From assembly GCA_003971905.1 (NCBI GenBank), contig RSEE01000050.1:248001-312000 (forward strand): a stretch of DNA of 64,000 nt, in the 5' to 3' direction. This document shows, piece after piece, positions 12,593 to 26,631 of this stretch. The translations under genes and the position numbers were made by a program. Numbering within the stretch: the stretch's first letter is position 1; every line of letters starts with the position of its first letter. Below the pieces are notes generated by a model. It searched no databases, was not told the DNA's origin, and worked only from the letters and a program-made list of their open reading frames with translations. The stretch is from Moniliella sp. 'wahieum'. Its lineage: Eukaryota.

Positions 12593-13294
12593 CACACGGA
12601 TCCAAGCCGCACTTCTGCCTTCCATCCCTTCTTCGCGTTCTGTCCTTCATGAGCCCCCAGGAGCGTTTTGTAGAACCAGGTGCCATAACCCCACGGGCAA
12701 CACATTTTCTCGTCTCTACTGTATACACCACCTGCCGCTCACCAACACACCTGTTCCACTACCTTCTTCACTGCTGCTTTAATACACGTTTTTGTATAGA
12801 AAACGCTGCCTTCCTCGTCCTGATGATAGCCACATGCGTGTACATGTAATGGCCAACAGCTGCTCGTTTGTTGCGTGGCGCTGGTTTGAGAGGCCTGTGA
12901 CGAGAGTATATCATCTGCGGCGATTGCGTTTGTTGTGGCCCGTGTGCAGGCCTTTTTGCTCGATAAGCATGATGAGCGAGCTCATGAATCTAACTCTCTC
13001 GCCTAAGCAGGTATGTCGGGTGGGGGTGAAAGATGTGAAAACGCGGTGGTTGTGGAGGTGGTTATGCTGGTGGTGGCCAAACCAAGCCAAAATGAATCGC
13101 ACCTATTGGGAGGGCCCCTCGAAAAGGCGCGGGCGAAAAAGGTTGCTGCGCCCACACAGGCGCCATGCCTGGCGTCCACCGAGGGCCGCGGGGCCGCTCA
13201 GGCGCCACTTGACTTTAAATAGGTCAACGCGCAGTGTGGAAGCCCCTGGCGCTTGGATCTTTGACCCACCACCCCATCCCTTTCCCATTCGACC

Positions 13295-14734
13295 ATGGTC
13301 ACTTCAAGTGCCGAGCCCACTCCTCTGGCCGACTTGTCCAACCGTATCCAAGAGCTGTCAACGGCTTCCCCAGCGTAGCTGCCACGGCCACGCTGGACCC
13401 GACCAAAAAGCTGTACGACACGGAGGGCAGCGTGCAGCTGACCCTGGCCGACCAGAGCGAGGCAGCGATCAAAAACTCGCCTCTGTACAGTGTCAAGAGC
13501 TTTGACGAACTGGGCTTGTCTGACGAGCTGCTGAAAGGCATCTATTCCATGAACTTTACCCGTCCGTCCAAGATCCAGGAGCGGGCGCTTCCCTGCTGTT
13601 GCAGAACCCGCCCCGCAACATGATTGGCCAGTCCCAATCCGGAACGGGCAAGACGGCGGCGTTTGTGTTGACCATGTTGTCTCGCATTGATTATTCCATC
13701 AACGCGCCCCAGGCCATTGCGCTTGCCCCCTCGCGCGAGCTGGTGCGGCAAACGATGGGGGCAGCCAAGCAGATGGGCAAGTTTACGCCAGTCAAGACGT
13801 TGCTTGCAGTCCCGATGCCCCGGGGACGAAGCGGTCGGATGGTGCGACGGATGCACAACTGATCATTGGCACTCCCGGCAAGGTCCTCGACTTGATCGCA
13901 GCAAAGTGATTGCTACTGATAAGATCCGGTCTTTGTTCTGGACGAGGCGGATAAGATGTTGGATGCGCAGGGCCTGGGCGACCAGAGCGTACGGGTGAAG
14001 AATGCCATGCCGAAATCCTGCCAGCTCGTCCTTTTTTCTGCCACCTTCCCTGACCATGGTACGTCCCCCCCGCCCTCCCTTGCCCCTCGCCCGAGACAAA
14101 ACGGTGACTAAGTGTGTACAGTGCGTGAGTTTGCGTCCAAGATTGCTCCGGGCGCCAACGAGATTCGTCTCAGGCAGGAAGAGCTCAATGTCGAGGGCAT
14201 CAAGCAGTTTTTCATGGACTGCAATGGGGCTGAGGCGCGGTACGACGTGTTGATTGACTTACAATCTCCTGACTATTGGCCAATCCATCATCTTTTGTTC
14301 GAAGCGGGAGGTGGCGGACCAAGTGACCAAGCGGATGACGGCCGAGGGCCACAAGGTCGACTCGCTTCACGGTAAACTCGACACACACTCGCGCGACGAG
14401 ACCATTGACCGGTTCCGCAAGGGGGAGATCAAGGTATTGATCGCCACCAACGTGCTGGCGCGCGGGATTGATTGTCCGCAGGTCAACCTCGTGCTCAGCT
14501 GGGACATTTCCACCACCCCGCAAAAAGCAGGCGGACGTGGAGACGTACCTGCACCGGATCGGTCGGACCGGTCGCTTTGGCCGCACGGGCGTGTGCATTA
14601 ACTTTGTCTACGACCATCAATCCTGGTTCCACCTGCGCCAGATCGAGGAAACCCTGGGCGTGAACATCGTCCGTGTGCCCACCACCTCGATTGAGGAGAT
14701 GGAGACGACAATCAAGAACGCGCTCAAGAAGTAG
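13295..14734 (+). CDS. DBP5: DEAD-box mRNA export helicase Dbp5
   Basis: [83 protein letters not shown]. Intron 14059-14122. Confidence 0.96.
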
Positions 14735-15898
14735 AGAGACTGAGTGCATCATACCTCGCTGTTCATACCACCCCCCCGCCCTCCCTACCCAACCATATCT
14801 CCCCTTCACGCACGTAACCGCGGCTGATAGAAACGCCGCTGCAGATACATGTAGATACACAACAGAAAGCTATCTTTGTATGCAGAAGACTCTTCGTCTC
14901 CACGCAGGGGGGGCATATCTCATTCTGCCCCACCGTCTCTTGCTCTTCCTCCTCCTCTCTGCCTACGTATGTCTTCCATCGGCTTCGATCGCCGTAACCA
15001 TCAGACATTGGCGGATCGCTTTGTATGTGGGTCTAGTACTATAACGAGGTATGTTTATTGCTACCTGTGTTCGCCTTGTTTCTCTCTTTTACGCCAAAGA
15101 CTTTTCTCGGCTGCCACAACTATAGGAGTGCCATCATCGTGACATGATGCATGAATACCTATCCGGCGGGAGGAGGGGAGAGAGGGGTTAAACCATCATA
15201 CTAGCATTCTTGTTGGTGTGTGCGCCCCACATGCCGAGGAAGTATATTCTCCCACATTGCTGCTTGCTCTCCCAGTGCCCGAGTGATGGGGAGAGAAGAT
15301 GCGTAATGGTTTAAGTTTGTGGCTTTTGGACACCCTTCCAACAGTGGCACAGTGCTGCGGTGGCTGTCGGTTGGATAGACAATGATTAATGATGGCTCAG
15401 CAGCTCGTCACCTACTGCATGGCACGTGACGCGATCCCGAGCGCGTGCCTGTGCGGCGTGTTGGGCGTGTTGGATTGGGAGCAAGATTCCGCAGCGTCGC
15501 TGCGCAGCCGGTGGCATCACATGTGACGGTGGGGTGACTTGGCGTTGCGCAGCGGTGACGCATCCACAATGGATGCTGGCCACGCCCATCCAATGTCCAG
15601 CCCAGGCCGGTGCAGGCAGCTTCTACTGCCGCGCCCAGCCCACACTGCCCCCGTGCGGTGGATCCCGGCAGCCCCCGTCTGTGTGGATGCAGCCGACGCG
15701 CATCCCGGCACGGCGCCTGTCTGGCGGGCGCGGGCATCTGCCGCTGATCCCGCGCGTGATCGGGCACGAGGCCGCAGGCCAGCCGCAAGCAACACTCGCT
15801 GCCCAGCCCAGGCCAGGCCAGGCCAGCGCCGGCTGGCTCCCAGCGACCATCGCTGGCTGTCCGCATCCGTCGCCTATGCTGCACCCACCACACTCGCC

Positions 15899-18800
15899 AT
15901 GACGTCCTCCTCCATCTCGCCGCCCCCGCCATGCCGCCGCCCTCGCCAATACCCCCCGCCCCCTCCTCCTCCGCCGCCGCCATGCCCCCAGCCCGCCCAC
16001 CATCCCCAGCGGCCGCCCCACCCGCAACGGCAACGCTCCTCGCCCTAGCCCCGAAGCGATGCGCGTCTTCCGCTTCCCCCGGCCCTCTCCCCGCCTGAGC
16101 TCCACTCCTCGCCCCCGTCCCCCTCCTCCTCCCCCTCCCCTTCGCCCTCCCATGCGCACCCCATGCCCCCGCCCCCGATCATCGTCCCCCAAGCACCCAT
16201 CCCGTCCCCCCTCCGCGTCCACAGCTGCGCTCCCGCCATGCGTCCGCCAGCTCTTCCACTGCTCTCCGCTCCCACCGCACCAGCCTTATTGGGCTTGTCG
16301 ACCCAGCCCTGGCCCAGTCCTCTCTCTCGTTGGCCTATCGGCAGATGACCCATCGTCGCCCTCGCCATCCCGCAGCGGCAGCCCTCGGAAGATGCACCGC
16401 CATTCCACAGCTGCGGGTACGCCGCCAGCATCTCCTCACTCTCCTTTGCCACGCCATCGCCCCAGTCTCTGAGCCCATCCACCCCCACTCCGTCCCTTAC
16501 TTCCGCCATGGCCATGGGACGGAACTGGTCTATCGCCCCCCCTCTGCACCCAACTCCGTCTCGGCCCGACGGCCTCTCCATCCCTGCCAGCCACGGTCCT
16601 CGTCCAAGCGGGCCACGGTTTACATCGATGCGCCAACTCGTTTCCTCTCGGAGATGGAGGGTGTGAGCATGCTCAAGTCTGACTCTGCCGATTCGCGTCT
16701 GCCATCGGCCAGGGTCAGCATCAGCACGGCCACGTCGGCAACTCGCTCCAGCGCAGGATCACTTCTTGCTTCTTCTCTTTTGCCTCGCCCCTCCCTCCAA
16801 GTCCAGTCCCGCCTGCTTCAGGAGGAAAGGAGAATAGGCACTCCATCTTATCGGCTACCAGCATCGAGTCTGGTGCCGGCCAGTCGGATTGGTCCTCCTC
16901 TCAACTTTGTTCATCACCCACCCTCAACCGCGACTCACACCGGGAACTCCCGCCACTCCACAGCGGATCTCTTCCCTTGCTTCCTCCCCGCCGGAGAAGA
17001 CACCCCGGCACCGTCGCAGGCGATTGACAAAGAGCGAGGATAAACTCATGCAACAACGATACAATGTCGCCCTTGAGCTGCTCGAGAGTGAGAGACGCTA
17101 CGTTGACGGACTCAACTTGATCCAGGAAGTACGTCGTTTCCTCCCGTTAAAATACAAGATGACTGACACCCTTGGTATAGTTCTTTTACAAGCCCTTGTA
17201 CGACGCGGCCTGGCGCCGAGGCGGGCATGGAAGCCACAATTCCCTCAGTATGCTAACATCAGATTCGGGCAAGTTTGCCTTCCCCCTATTGGCCCCGCGG
17301 GAGCACAAGGGCGACAAACTATCGGGCACAGGCTCACGGCCCAACCCTCCCGCTCTCTCCCGCCCTGCACTGAACGAGATGTTCTCCAACTTTTCTCAAA
17401 TTTTGCATCTCAATTCCGAGCTCCTTGCTCTGCTTGAACAGCGGCTCAGTCCACAGGGAAAGCCACCGTGGGATCCGGCGCAGGATGAGGTGGGGGATAT
17501 CTCGTGTCTATTGCCCCTTACCTCAAGCTGTATCTCTATGTCAAAAATTTCTCTGCCGCACTCGAAAGGATTGAGCATGAGCGCCGTGTTTCTTCCGCGT
17601 TTGCTTCTTTCCTTCGTGACGCCGAGAACTTGCCCATGCCCATCAAGTGCAACACACGCCTGCCTCCAAACCCGCGTCTTCCATCCTAGGACTCGGCTTG
17701 CAATCATTCCTTTTATCCATTGTGCAGCGTATCCCACGCTACAAGCTGCTGGTCGAGGGACTGGTCAAATCGACCCCAGACCTTGTCAGACTTTTCTCAC
17801 CTCCAAGCGCTCAGCAGGTCATCCAATCCGTCGCAGCAGGGATCAATGAGAGTGCGACAACATGAGGCGTCACTTGTGTTGCTCGCTGTGCAACGGGCGC
17901 TGCATACGCCGCCGTTTCAGTTGGTCACCCCGGGCCGCACCCTGCTTCGTTCGGGAGTGCTGGGAAAGTCCACCCGCCGGTCGGTTCAGGAACGAACATT
18001 TTCCTCTTTTCCGATTGCCTTTTGTATGCCGCACCGGTCGACACTCCAAAGAAGAATCCTGCCTGGTCACGGTTGGCCCAATATTTGCTTCCCTCACCCC
18101 CATCGGAGCCAGAACGCAAGCATTCCCCGACGAATTTGGGGTGGTCTGGACGGCTCCTGCGGCTCCTGCCGCTTCCTCCTCGTATGAGGTGCCAGGGATG
18201 GTGCATCCTTTTCATCCCTGGCCTCCGAGGACAGCGAACGGGAAGTCGAGCTGACCCCCCATTCCCTCGTCTTTCGTGCCGCGTTTGACCTGCGGGACAT
18301 TATGGTCGTCAACAATGACCCCATGGCCCCGCTCGCACGGAGGCAAGGACGTGAATCGCTCTCGAGCTCCTTCTCCTCCAAGGCCTCGTTGGGGTCTCTA
18401 TCCAACTCCGTCCACGGATCGACATCGAGCGAGTGTGACCTTGTTGGGGTGAGGCATGCATTCGAAATCCGTACTCCCACCCGAAGCTTTGTGCTTTATG
18501 CCGGTGATGAAGCCAGCAAGGAGCGCTGGATCACGGCCATCCGCGACGCCAAGCAAGATTATCTCAGAGCCCGCCGGACCCTCAACCAAAGCGAGGAAGT
18601 AACCGTGCACCGAAAACATGCGTCCGTCTCCTCGATCGAGGCGCTGCGGGCCAGGAGACATTCGCTCATGTCTCCCCCTTCGGGCCAGGTGTCTCCTGCG
18701 CCCACATTCATGCTCGCCGAGCCCAAAATGTCCATCCCTTCTTCTCCCATCGTAGGACGCGGAGGGGCAACCACTTCCCATCCTTGAAGAATACAACGCT

Positions 18801-19247
18801 CCAATTTGGATTCCCGATAATCACTCAACCCTTTGTTCTCGCTGCCAAGAACCTTTCACTCTTTTCCGAAGGAAACACCACTGCCGCCTGTGTGGCCAGA
18901 TTGTGTGTTCACCCTGTTCCAGCGCTCGCTTTCTCATCCCCCCCTTGAAATGGGTGGAGGCACTCTTCCGGCCCGCGCGTGCCAAGTTTGTTTTCACAAT
19001 GTGTTCGATCCTCTGCCCCCTGTCCCTGCTGTCGACGTGCCCGACATTGGGAGCGAGTGGGGATGTCTCCCCCCCCAACGCTCTGCTTCCCCGCGTGACG
19101 AGCGCTCCTACCGGTTCGCTGGGCCGCATCCTCTCCCTCCCCCCCTGCGAAGGTGTGCGGTCCGAGCGCTCTCTTCGTTCTGTCAAGTCGGAGCGCTCGG
19201 AGCGCTCGGAGACAGAGGGCGATGCGACCGTCACGTCGATCCATTGA
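15899..19247 (+). CDS. don1: Cdc42-type RhoGEF with DH-PH-FYVE domains (Don1/FGD-like)
   Basis: Pro-rich N-terminus. [94 protein letters not shown]. Intron ~17129-17180. Symbol assigned from domain order only. Confidence 0.85.
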
Positions 19248-20078
19248 TCCACTTACTTTCTTCTTCGTTTTTCTCTTATCAATTGTCTGTGTCCCTCCCC
19301 TATCGTGTTGTTCGTGTCTTTTGGCCTCATCCACTCCTTCTCGCCTGGTGCGAGACGCTTGCCCCCCACTCTTCTCTCTGATTACCCGCTTTGCATCCAT
19401 TTTTGTTATCCATCCTTCGTTGTCGCTCGCCCCTCGGGTGCCATTTTTTGCTGGCTCTCCTGCTGTAGGGGAGGGAGAACAATCCGCGTAGTCTTGCGCC
19501 TGACCGAGTCCTGATACTCAGCATGTGTTGCTGGGATAGTCGATAGATGTCCGAGCGCGTCCATGTGCTGCGTGTTTGATGTATGTAAGCTGCTGCGCAT
19601 GAACGCGTCCATGCTAGCGCGATGGGCGGAATGGGGCTGGCGGAACCGCGACGCGCGTGATCGGCCGCGGTGTGGGGTCGCATCAACACACTCCCTCGTA
19701 CTACCACCCCCATTTCCTGCATGGCTGCGAGTGAGCGTGCACTGGCGGTGCCAGCCGCCGAGGGCGAGCGGCACCTGGGGCTGCGCAGCAAGCTTGCGAT
19801 CCACGTTCACTTTGATTCGTCTTGTGCCGACGTGGCTCTGTACCTGCGCATCGCCCTCAACCCGGCCCCAGCCACACCCACCGCCTGCTCGCCTGTCCGC
19901 CGCCACGCGTCCCACCGAGCTCCACGCCGCCATAGAGCCCGTTGCGCATGACGATCGCGTCTTCCCTAGCAGCAATATGGTTACGCGGCGGCCAGTGCGC
20001 TGCGCATTCGCTTCGCTTCGGAACCGGTCCGGGGCGAGGCACTGCAGGTGGAGCGCACGGACACTGCTCTCCTCTTGC

Positions 20079-22393
20079 ATGTACCCTCCTTGGCGCCCTA
20101 TGCCGAGGCCCCAGCCAAAGGAGGAAGTTCCTCGTCATTCTCCACGGCGTGGCTCCCTACATTCGTACTCCTCCACGCGACGTGCACGCCATCCACATTC
20201 CTCGCCCGTACTCGCTCAACAGTCGGATCCGCGTCTCAGCATCGGACACGGTACTGGATGCGCATCAAGCCCGTGGCAGACCAGCGATGGACCTCGAGTC
20301 GATCTGGCTCGAAACGTCGCGCAACATACGTCGTGCGCATGACGTGGGAGACGATGTAACGACGTACCGTGGTAGCGAATATGGCGCAGATGAGCTGGAC
20401 GGACCCTATTTTGTTGGCGGCTTCCAAGCTGGCCACGACCCCATCACTATTCGCTGGGTCCGGCCTCGGAGGAATCACCCCCTATGGATGTGGATTGGGC
20501 CCGGACAAAGTTGAAATTGACCCCCGAAGGAGATATCCTACCCTACTTACTTTGCTTTTGAATGCACCATCCTCCTGGGGGATTTGCATCTCCCTGGATA
20601 CGGAGGGCGGTGTGTGAGGTACGTGCTGTTCCTGTTTGTGGAGATGTATGTTGACCGTGTTGATTGATGGACTATGTACAGTGTGGACTTCCTATTTGCC
20701 CATGAAGCGGAACGAGTCGTCCGCTTTGCCGAAGATGGCGTCGTCATCTCCCCGTCTTACCCACGGGACCGAACGCATACACGTAGTGCAGGGGAAGCCA
20801 TTGTCCCCATACCCAGGCGCATTCCTTCTTCTCCCCCTGCTTCCCTCGAGCTCCAGCATGGACGAGAGCGATCTGCTCCACGTCCCTCCCCCGGCCAATC
20901 TGGACGCAATGGACGGATCCCTCCTCTCTCCGCCCCGTGGGTCCCGCCCCCAGGCGAGGGTGACGACGGGTGCGATTCCGACTCGACTCACATCGGTCTT
21001 TGCCCCTCATACGACTGCCACTCTGGTATTACGAGGTGTTTTGAGCCTTGTTCCCCACCATGCGTCCTCCTCCCACGCAGGAAGGAAAGCTACGTCTCTT
21101 TCACGGCTCCTATGGTGCGAGTCCGTCAAGCACACACCTCAGCCGACTTGAGCCTACGTTTCACCCCGCCTTTGTTGGCTGATCCTGATCAATCCAAGGA
21201 ACGCGGGTCCCCCGTTTTTGTGTGGGATGGCACGTCCGACTCTATGCTTCCTCCTAGAGAGGGAAACCGGCAAGTGATGTACCTGCTTTGCCCCCACCCC
21301 AGGGGGCATGGACGTCTCTGCACCAGTGGACGACGGGATGGATGCTGATCTCTCACACGCCACCTCTCTCGCACCCACTGCCAAGCCTGAACCTGACCCC
21401 AACCCCAACTCCAACCCCCCCAATCCCTCAATCCTGAGCCCCCACCCCTTGCAACGGAACATGGCTCCGCACGGGCAGATCGAGCTACTGCAAGGTCTTT
21501 CGGGGACCTTTTTGTGCCGCCTTATCCTCCCCTCTGGTAGCGGAGTGAAACTTATATTGCCTCCCTGGTTGGACAGGTTCGCACCCTCACCCATCACCCT
21601 TTTCTTGTCCCCAGTCTGGGGAACTCGTTTATCCTGCCTCGGATTGGAGTGGACGTTCCCCCCCAATCCCATCGTTCCGCTCCCCGGTATATTCTCGGGG
21701 GTTGAGACGCTCCCCTGTCGTTTCAAGGGAACTTTAACGCTGCAACCTAAGGAGGTGGTCACGCTCCCTGTGCCTGGTGGGATCGAAATCCATTCTCTTC
21801 CCCCCGCGACGGCCCTCCTGGTCGTGCCTACCCCCAAGCACAGGGTGGGATGGAAAGGCGCATTCTTCCTAGCGGCATTCATCGCTTTCTTTGCGATCGC
21901 TAAAGTCTTCGTTATTCAATCAGGCCTTGGAGAACTACAGCGTCAAGTCCACCTCCTTACCCTCGCTGCCAACCTGGACACGAGCGATGGTTCTTGGATC
22001 CCGGAACCAGTCGTGCATCCAGCTCCACACTCTGCTCTTCAAGAGCCTGTGGCGGTGCCAGAGGAAGACTTTGTCCCGGATTTGGCACCACTTGACACTG
22101 CCCCGGATCCAAGAGGGGAAGCTGGCACTTCCCCGGATCCCCCAAAGGAGCCTGACACTACTTCGGACCAAAAGGAGGGGCCGGAACAGGCAAGAACGGC
22201 AGAGGCAGTGGAAGAGAAGGAGGAGGATTGGTTGGATGAGTTTGTGTCTCACCCGGACAGGGACCGACTGGGGTTCTGTCCAGCCTTCACCGACGGATGT
22301 GGGCTTTCGCCGCTCGGTGTTCCGGATTGCCTTTGCTCCTTGCGCTTCGCCCTCGCTAGCCTTGCCTTCTTGCTTGATCGTCTTGCACCCTAG
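20079..22393 (+). CDS. Hypothetical protein with a C-terminal-half transmembrane helix
   Basis: Chain of long overlapping + strand ORFs. Intron ~20618-20681 (GTACGT..CAG). TM GAFFLAAFIAFFAIAKVFVI. No recognised domain; boundaries approximate. Confidence 0.55.
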
Positions 22394-22832
22394 CTCTGCT
22401 CTGGCAGGATGCTCGTGCCTATACCTCGTATGAAACGTAATACATAATACCCGTGTGTGTTGTGGCCAGGTCGCGATGGAGGGGTGGTAGGCCAGTAGTG
22501 GATAGAATGGGATTGGAGCTGACACCCATGGTGGGAGCTACCGGGGGATTGGGCTGTTCCCGATGTTGTTCCTCAATCGCATCAGTCAGTGCATCAGTGC
22601 AGCAGTATCACCGGTCACCGGGCCGCACTCGGTGGTCGGGTATATATGCAGTTTGACGTGTTAGGGTTAACGCGCTGAATCGCAAGACTTTTTTCCGCTG
22701 GGCCGCGACACGGACTAAATACTTCTTCCGACGCGGACTCGACGTGGTTGTGAGTACCAACTGCCTTGTCAGCCATCTCAGCTCTCGGACTGGCATCTCC
22801 TTTGTGTTTTCCAACTTGCGTCCACCACCATC

Positions 22833-24672
22833 ATGCCCTCTTCACCCCTTTCCGCCACCGCGCCGCCATCCTGGATTGTGCAGAAGTACGGAGGAACGAG
22901 TGTTGGCAAGTTCCTCTCTACGATCGTGGGCGAGATTGTGCCTTCCTACCGCGCCTCGCACCGTGTGGCTGTAGTCTGCTCGGCCCGCTCGGGTAAAACC
23001 AAGGCGCTGGGAACGACCAATCTGCTTCTCCAAGCTGCTCGCCAAGCGCTGGAAGAAGAAGACGCCGACCCCCCCTCGCTATCCGCTTCGTTTGCCTCGC
23101 TCGGATCTGTGCCCTCTACACCTGCTCCACGGTCCTCGGTACGCGGGCTGGAGAAGCGCCTGGCCCACCTTGCTACCTCATCGCCTTCTTCTTCTCCGTC
23201 TCGGGGAGACTCGTCGCCTGCGCCCGCCGTACCCTCCTACCAGGCCACCGTCGACCAGATTCTCGAGGACCACCTTGAATCCGCCAGGGCCAACGTAAAA
23301 GACCCAGCGCTGCTCGCTCAACTTGAGCAGGAGCTTACTGAGGATTGCTCGCATTTGCGAGACTTTTTGCTGGCAGCCCGGGTGCGTTTTTCCTTTCTCG
23401 GATTCCCTTTGCTCGATTCGATGGGGCGACAGACACTGACCAGCTTGGTAGATCATTGAGGGATTTCACCCCGGACCAAGGACGTGATCATGGGCCTAGG
23501 CGAGCGTTTGTCCTGTCGCATCGTTTCCTATGCGTTGCAAGACAGCGGTGTGCCTTCGACGCTGATCACGCTGGAGAACGTGATTGATCATCACTTTATG
23601 GAGGATTCAGGTTTGGCGGCCAAGATGAGGCGGCGGGCGGGGGGAAGTGTTTTTGGACCACACGTTTTACTCGCGCCTCGCGCGCGCTTGGGCGAAATTT
23701 TGCACGAGGTACCGAAGGATCATGTGCCGGTCGTGACAGGCTACTTTGGCAATGTACCTGGCTCCATTCTGGCCCAAGTCGGCAGAGGATATACGGACCT
23801 TTGTGCGGCCTTGTGCGCTGTGGGCGTGCGAGCGGAGGAACTGCAGATCTGGAAGGAGGTGGATGGCGTCTTCACGGCGGATCCAAGAAAGGTGCCCTCT
23901 GCTCGTCTGATCCCAGCCATCTCTCCTGAAGAAGCGGCCGAGTTGACCTACTATGGCTCGGAGGTCATCCATCCCTTCACCATGGAGCAGGCCATCCGCG
24001 AGGCCATCCCGATCCGCATCAAGAACGTTGAAAACCCAAAGGGACAAGGGACGGTGATTGTGCCGTCGGCCACGAAGGACCATGGCGTTGATGGCCACGT
24101 GACGCAGCCTGCTACGCCCTTGGCCAGTGGCGCCGCGACCCACCCACGGCTTTACCCCGCTGCCCCAACCCGCCAACAAGCGCAAACTTCCGACGGCAGT
24201 GACGATCAAGGACGATATTGTCGTGCTCAACGTCCACTCCAACCGCAAGACCATCTCGCACGACTTTTTTGCTCGGATCTTTTCAGTGTTGAACCGGTAC
24301 GGAGTCGTGGTGGACCTGATTGCCACGTCAGAGGTGCACGTCTCAATGGCTATCTCCAGCTCGACGCGCCACCTGCACCGTGTCAAGGCCGACCTGTCCC
24401 CGATCGGGAACGTATCTGTGATCCGGGACATGGCCATCGTCTCCCTGGTCGGCAAGGAGATGCCCAGCGCGATCGGCGTGGCAGGCAAGATGTTCACCAC
24501 GCTCGCCGAAGGCAACATCAACATTGAACTCATTTCCCAAGGTGCTTCCGAGATCTCCATCTCGACGGCCATTCATCGTCGGAATGCACTCAAGGCGGTC
24601 AACCTCATCCACTCGGCCGTGCTGGAGGTGGCGCCCCCATCAACAGGAACGTTGGGACGATCGTTCTTCTAA
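22833..24672 (+). CDS. HOM3: Aspartate kinase
   Basis: WIVQKYGGTSVGK, VVCSARSG, GLGERLS, QVGRGYTDL, IWKEVDGVFTADPRKV, EAAELTYYGSEVIHP, two ACT domains (ATSEVHVS; ISQGASEISIS). Intron ~23382-23451. Confidence 0.97.
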
Positions 24673-26631
24673 AGCGCCATGTTAACGCCAGTCCTTATGC
24701 ATCATCGTTTGGATACGCAACTGTACTTTGAGTCGATGCAGGCGTCGATACTAACAGCGTCGCAGAGGCAAGGCTCCCAGCACGCATGCCCGCGTGACGG
24801 GCAATTGGTAATCCCTGTGCATACGCATGCCACATGGTACAACCTATATGACCAACGGAAGAGACTATACACAACCCGGGAGAGGGGGGCGGTCGGATTT
24901 CATATAGTTTGTGCTTGAGGTTGCCAGCGTAACCATCCAAAGGGAGGCTTTTCTTTATACAAAAGGGATGGAAAGGGTGCTTGCTGTTCGCGCCGAACAG
25001 CTTACCAACACACACTTAGCTTACCAACACACTTCCAACAGTGTGGGAGCACAGTTGTCTTCTCCCTGCTCCGCTGTCTTGGTTGTGGATTTTATACTCT
25101 CTATATACTCTCTACTTATAGGGTACTTAGGAGCGAAGGTGCATAGTCCCCCGCCGCTTTTAAACTCTCTATTTCTCTCGTTATGCTCTCATCGATCTGA
25201 TGCTTGGTGGAATTGCCTCTCGATCGGCACCGATCGTTCTGATTCATCGGCATCGACCATCGTCGTGTCCCCAACCTTTGGAAGTGTTGGCGCAATCTAG
25301 TTCGTATCTCCACACAACGAGACAAGCTGCCAGCATGCCGTGGCCCTCATACATTTCGAGGTCACATTTTCTCCTCGGCATCCCTGCAGCAGTGATGCTC
25401 GCGATGTGCATATTATCTCAGATCTCACGCACGCATGGGTGTGACATGGGACGAGATAAGATCCACATGTGGGCCAAGCATGCACGTGCAGAGGATTTGG
25501 TCTAAGGCCAACACATTCCTGCCTTCGTCTGGCTGCACACACATCTTCCACCTCAAAGCTTCATCGGTTCGTCAGGGTATCTACCGAGAGCCTAGCGCCT
25601 ACTGAGTTGAGTAACTGCCTATACTCAGACCGAGGCGTGCCGAGCTACCGGCAGTCACCATGTCCCTGAGGCATTCATGACGTGTGACGTGTGACGGTGA
25701 CGTGCCGCATGTGGCGTGCAGCCACGTGACTGACTCTTGGCATATGGCCAGCCGTCCCATGTCCCACCGGGCACCGTCACCAGCTAGTCACCAGTCCTAG
25801 TCACCCGAGGTGTGCCTACATGCTACCGGCGCAGCTCCGCCCACGCTCGGCTAGTGCGTGGTAGAATGGTCACCGGTCAGCTGTGGAATGGGGCAGGGCG
25901 GTGCAGGCAGCCACCAGCTCGGCAGGAGCGCTGCAGCAGTGCTTCAGCTTGCTTTAGCTCCAGTGCTTGAGCTGCCAGTATGCTGAACGTACTGAACTCG
26001 TTGCTTAATCAGTAGGACGTTACGCGTTATTAGTCACGCGCCATGCAGATCACTTGCCGCCACCGCCACCCGCAGCGGCCACAGTGCTCGGCTGCCCTGC
26101 CCTGCTCGCGTACTCCTGCGCCCGCCTCCGTTGCGAGCAGCACCTCGCCCTGGTGGCACATGGGAGGTCCGATCAACGCGAAGCGGCTGCCTGCCCCCGT
26201 GCTGCGAGGGGGCGCACGCACCTCTCCCCTTGCGGGCATCCTGCGCCCCTGTGGCCGATCGGCGCCGGTGCACCAGCTCCCAGGCCGCCTAGTCATAGGC
26301 AGCGCTCAGCGACCCCCTGCATCTGCATCAGTGCATCAGATTCTCTTGGCACCGCTGCCCCGCAACGCCAAGAGAACACTGCGACACAGCAGCACACAGC
26401 CCGTCTGCCGCAAGCGCCGCGCGAGGCCTCTAGAGCGCCGGCCTGCGCCGGCAGACCCTGGATCTCCGGTGTCGTTGGCATGCAGCAGGCCGGCCACGGC
26501 AGGCTACGCGCCAAGCCGAACCCTCCAATGCGTGTCCGCCTCTCGCGCGCATCCATCCACCCTCCCGCTCGCCCCTTCCCCCCCCCATCCCGCTTCCTAC
26601 CCCCCACCACCTGGCCCCAGCAGCCGACAAC

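Noticed and set aside
13295..14734. Pseudogene or programmed frameshifting calls for broken genes such as DBP5
   Set aside because: Essential, well-conserved genes with indels spread across nearly all loci; sequencing error is far more parsimonious.
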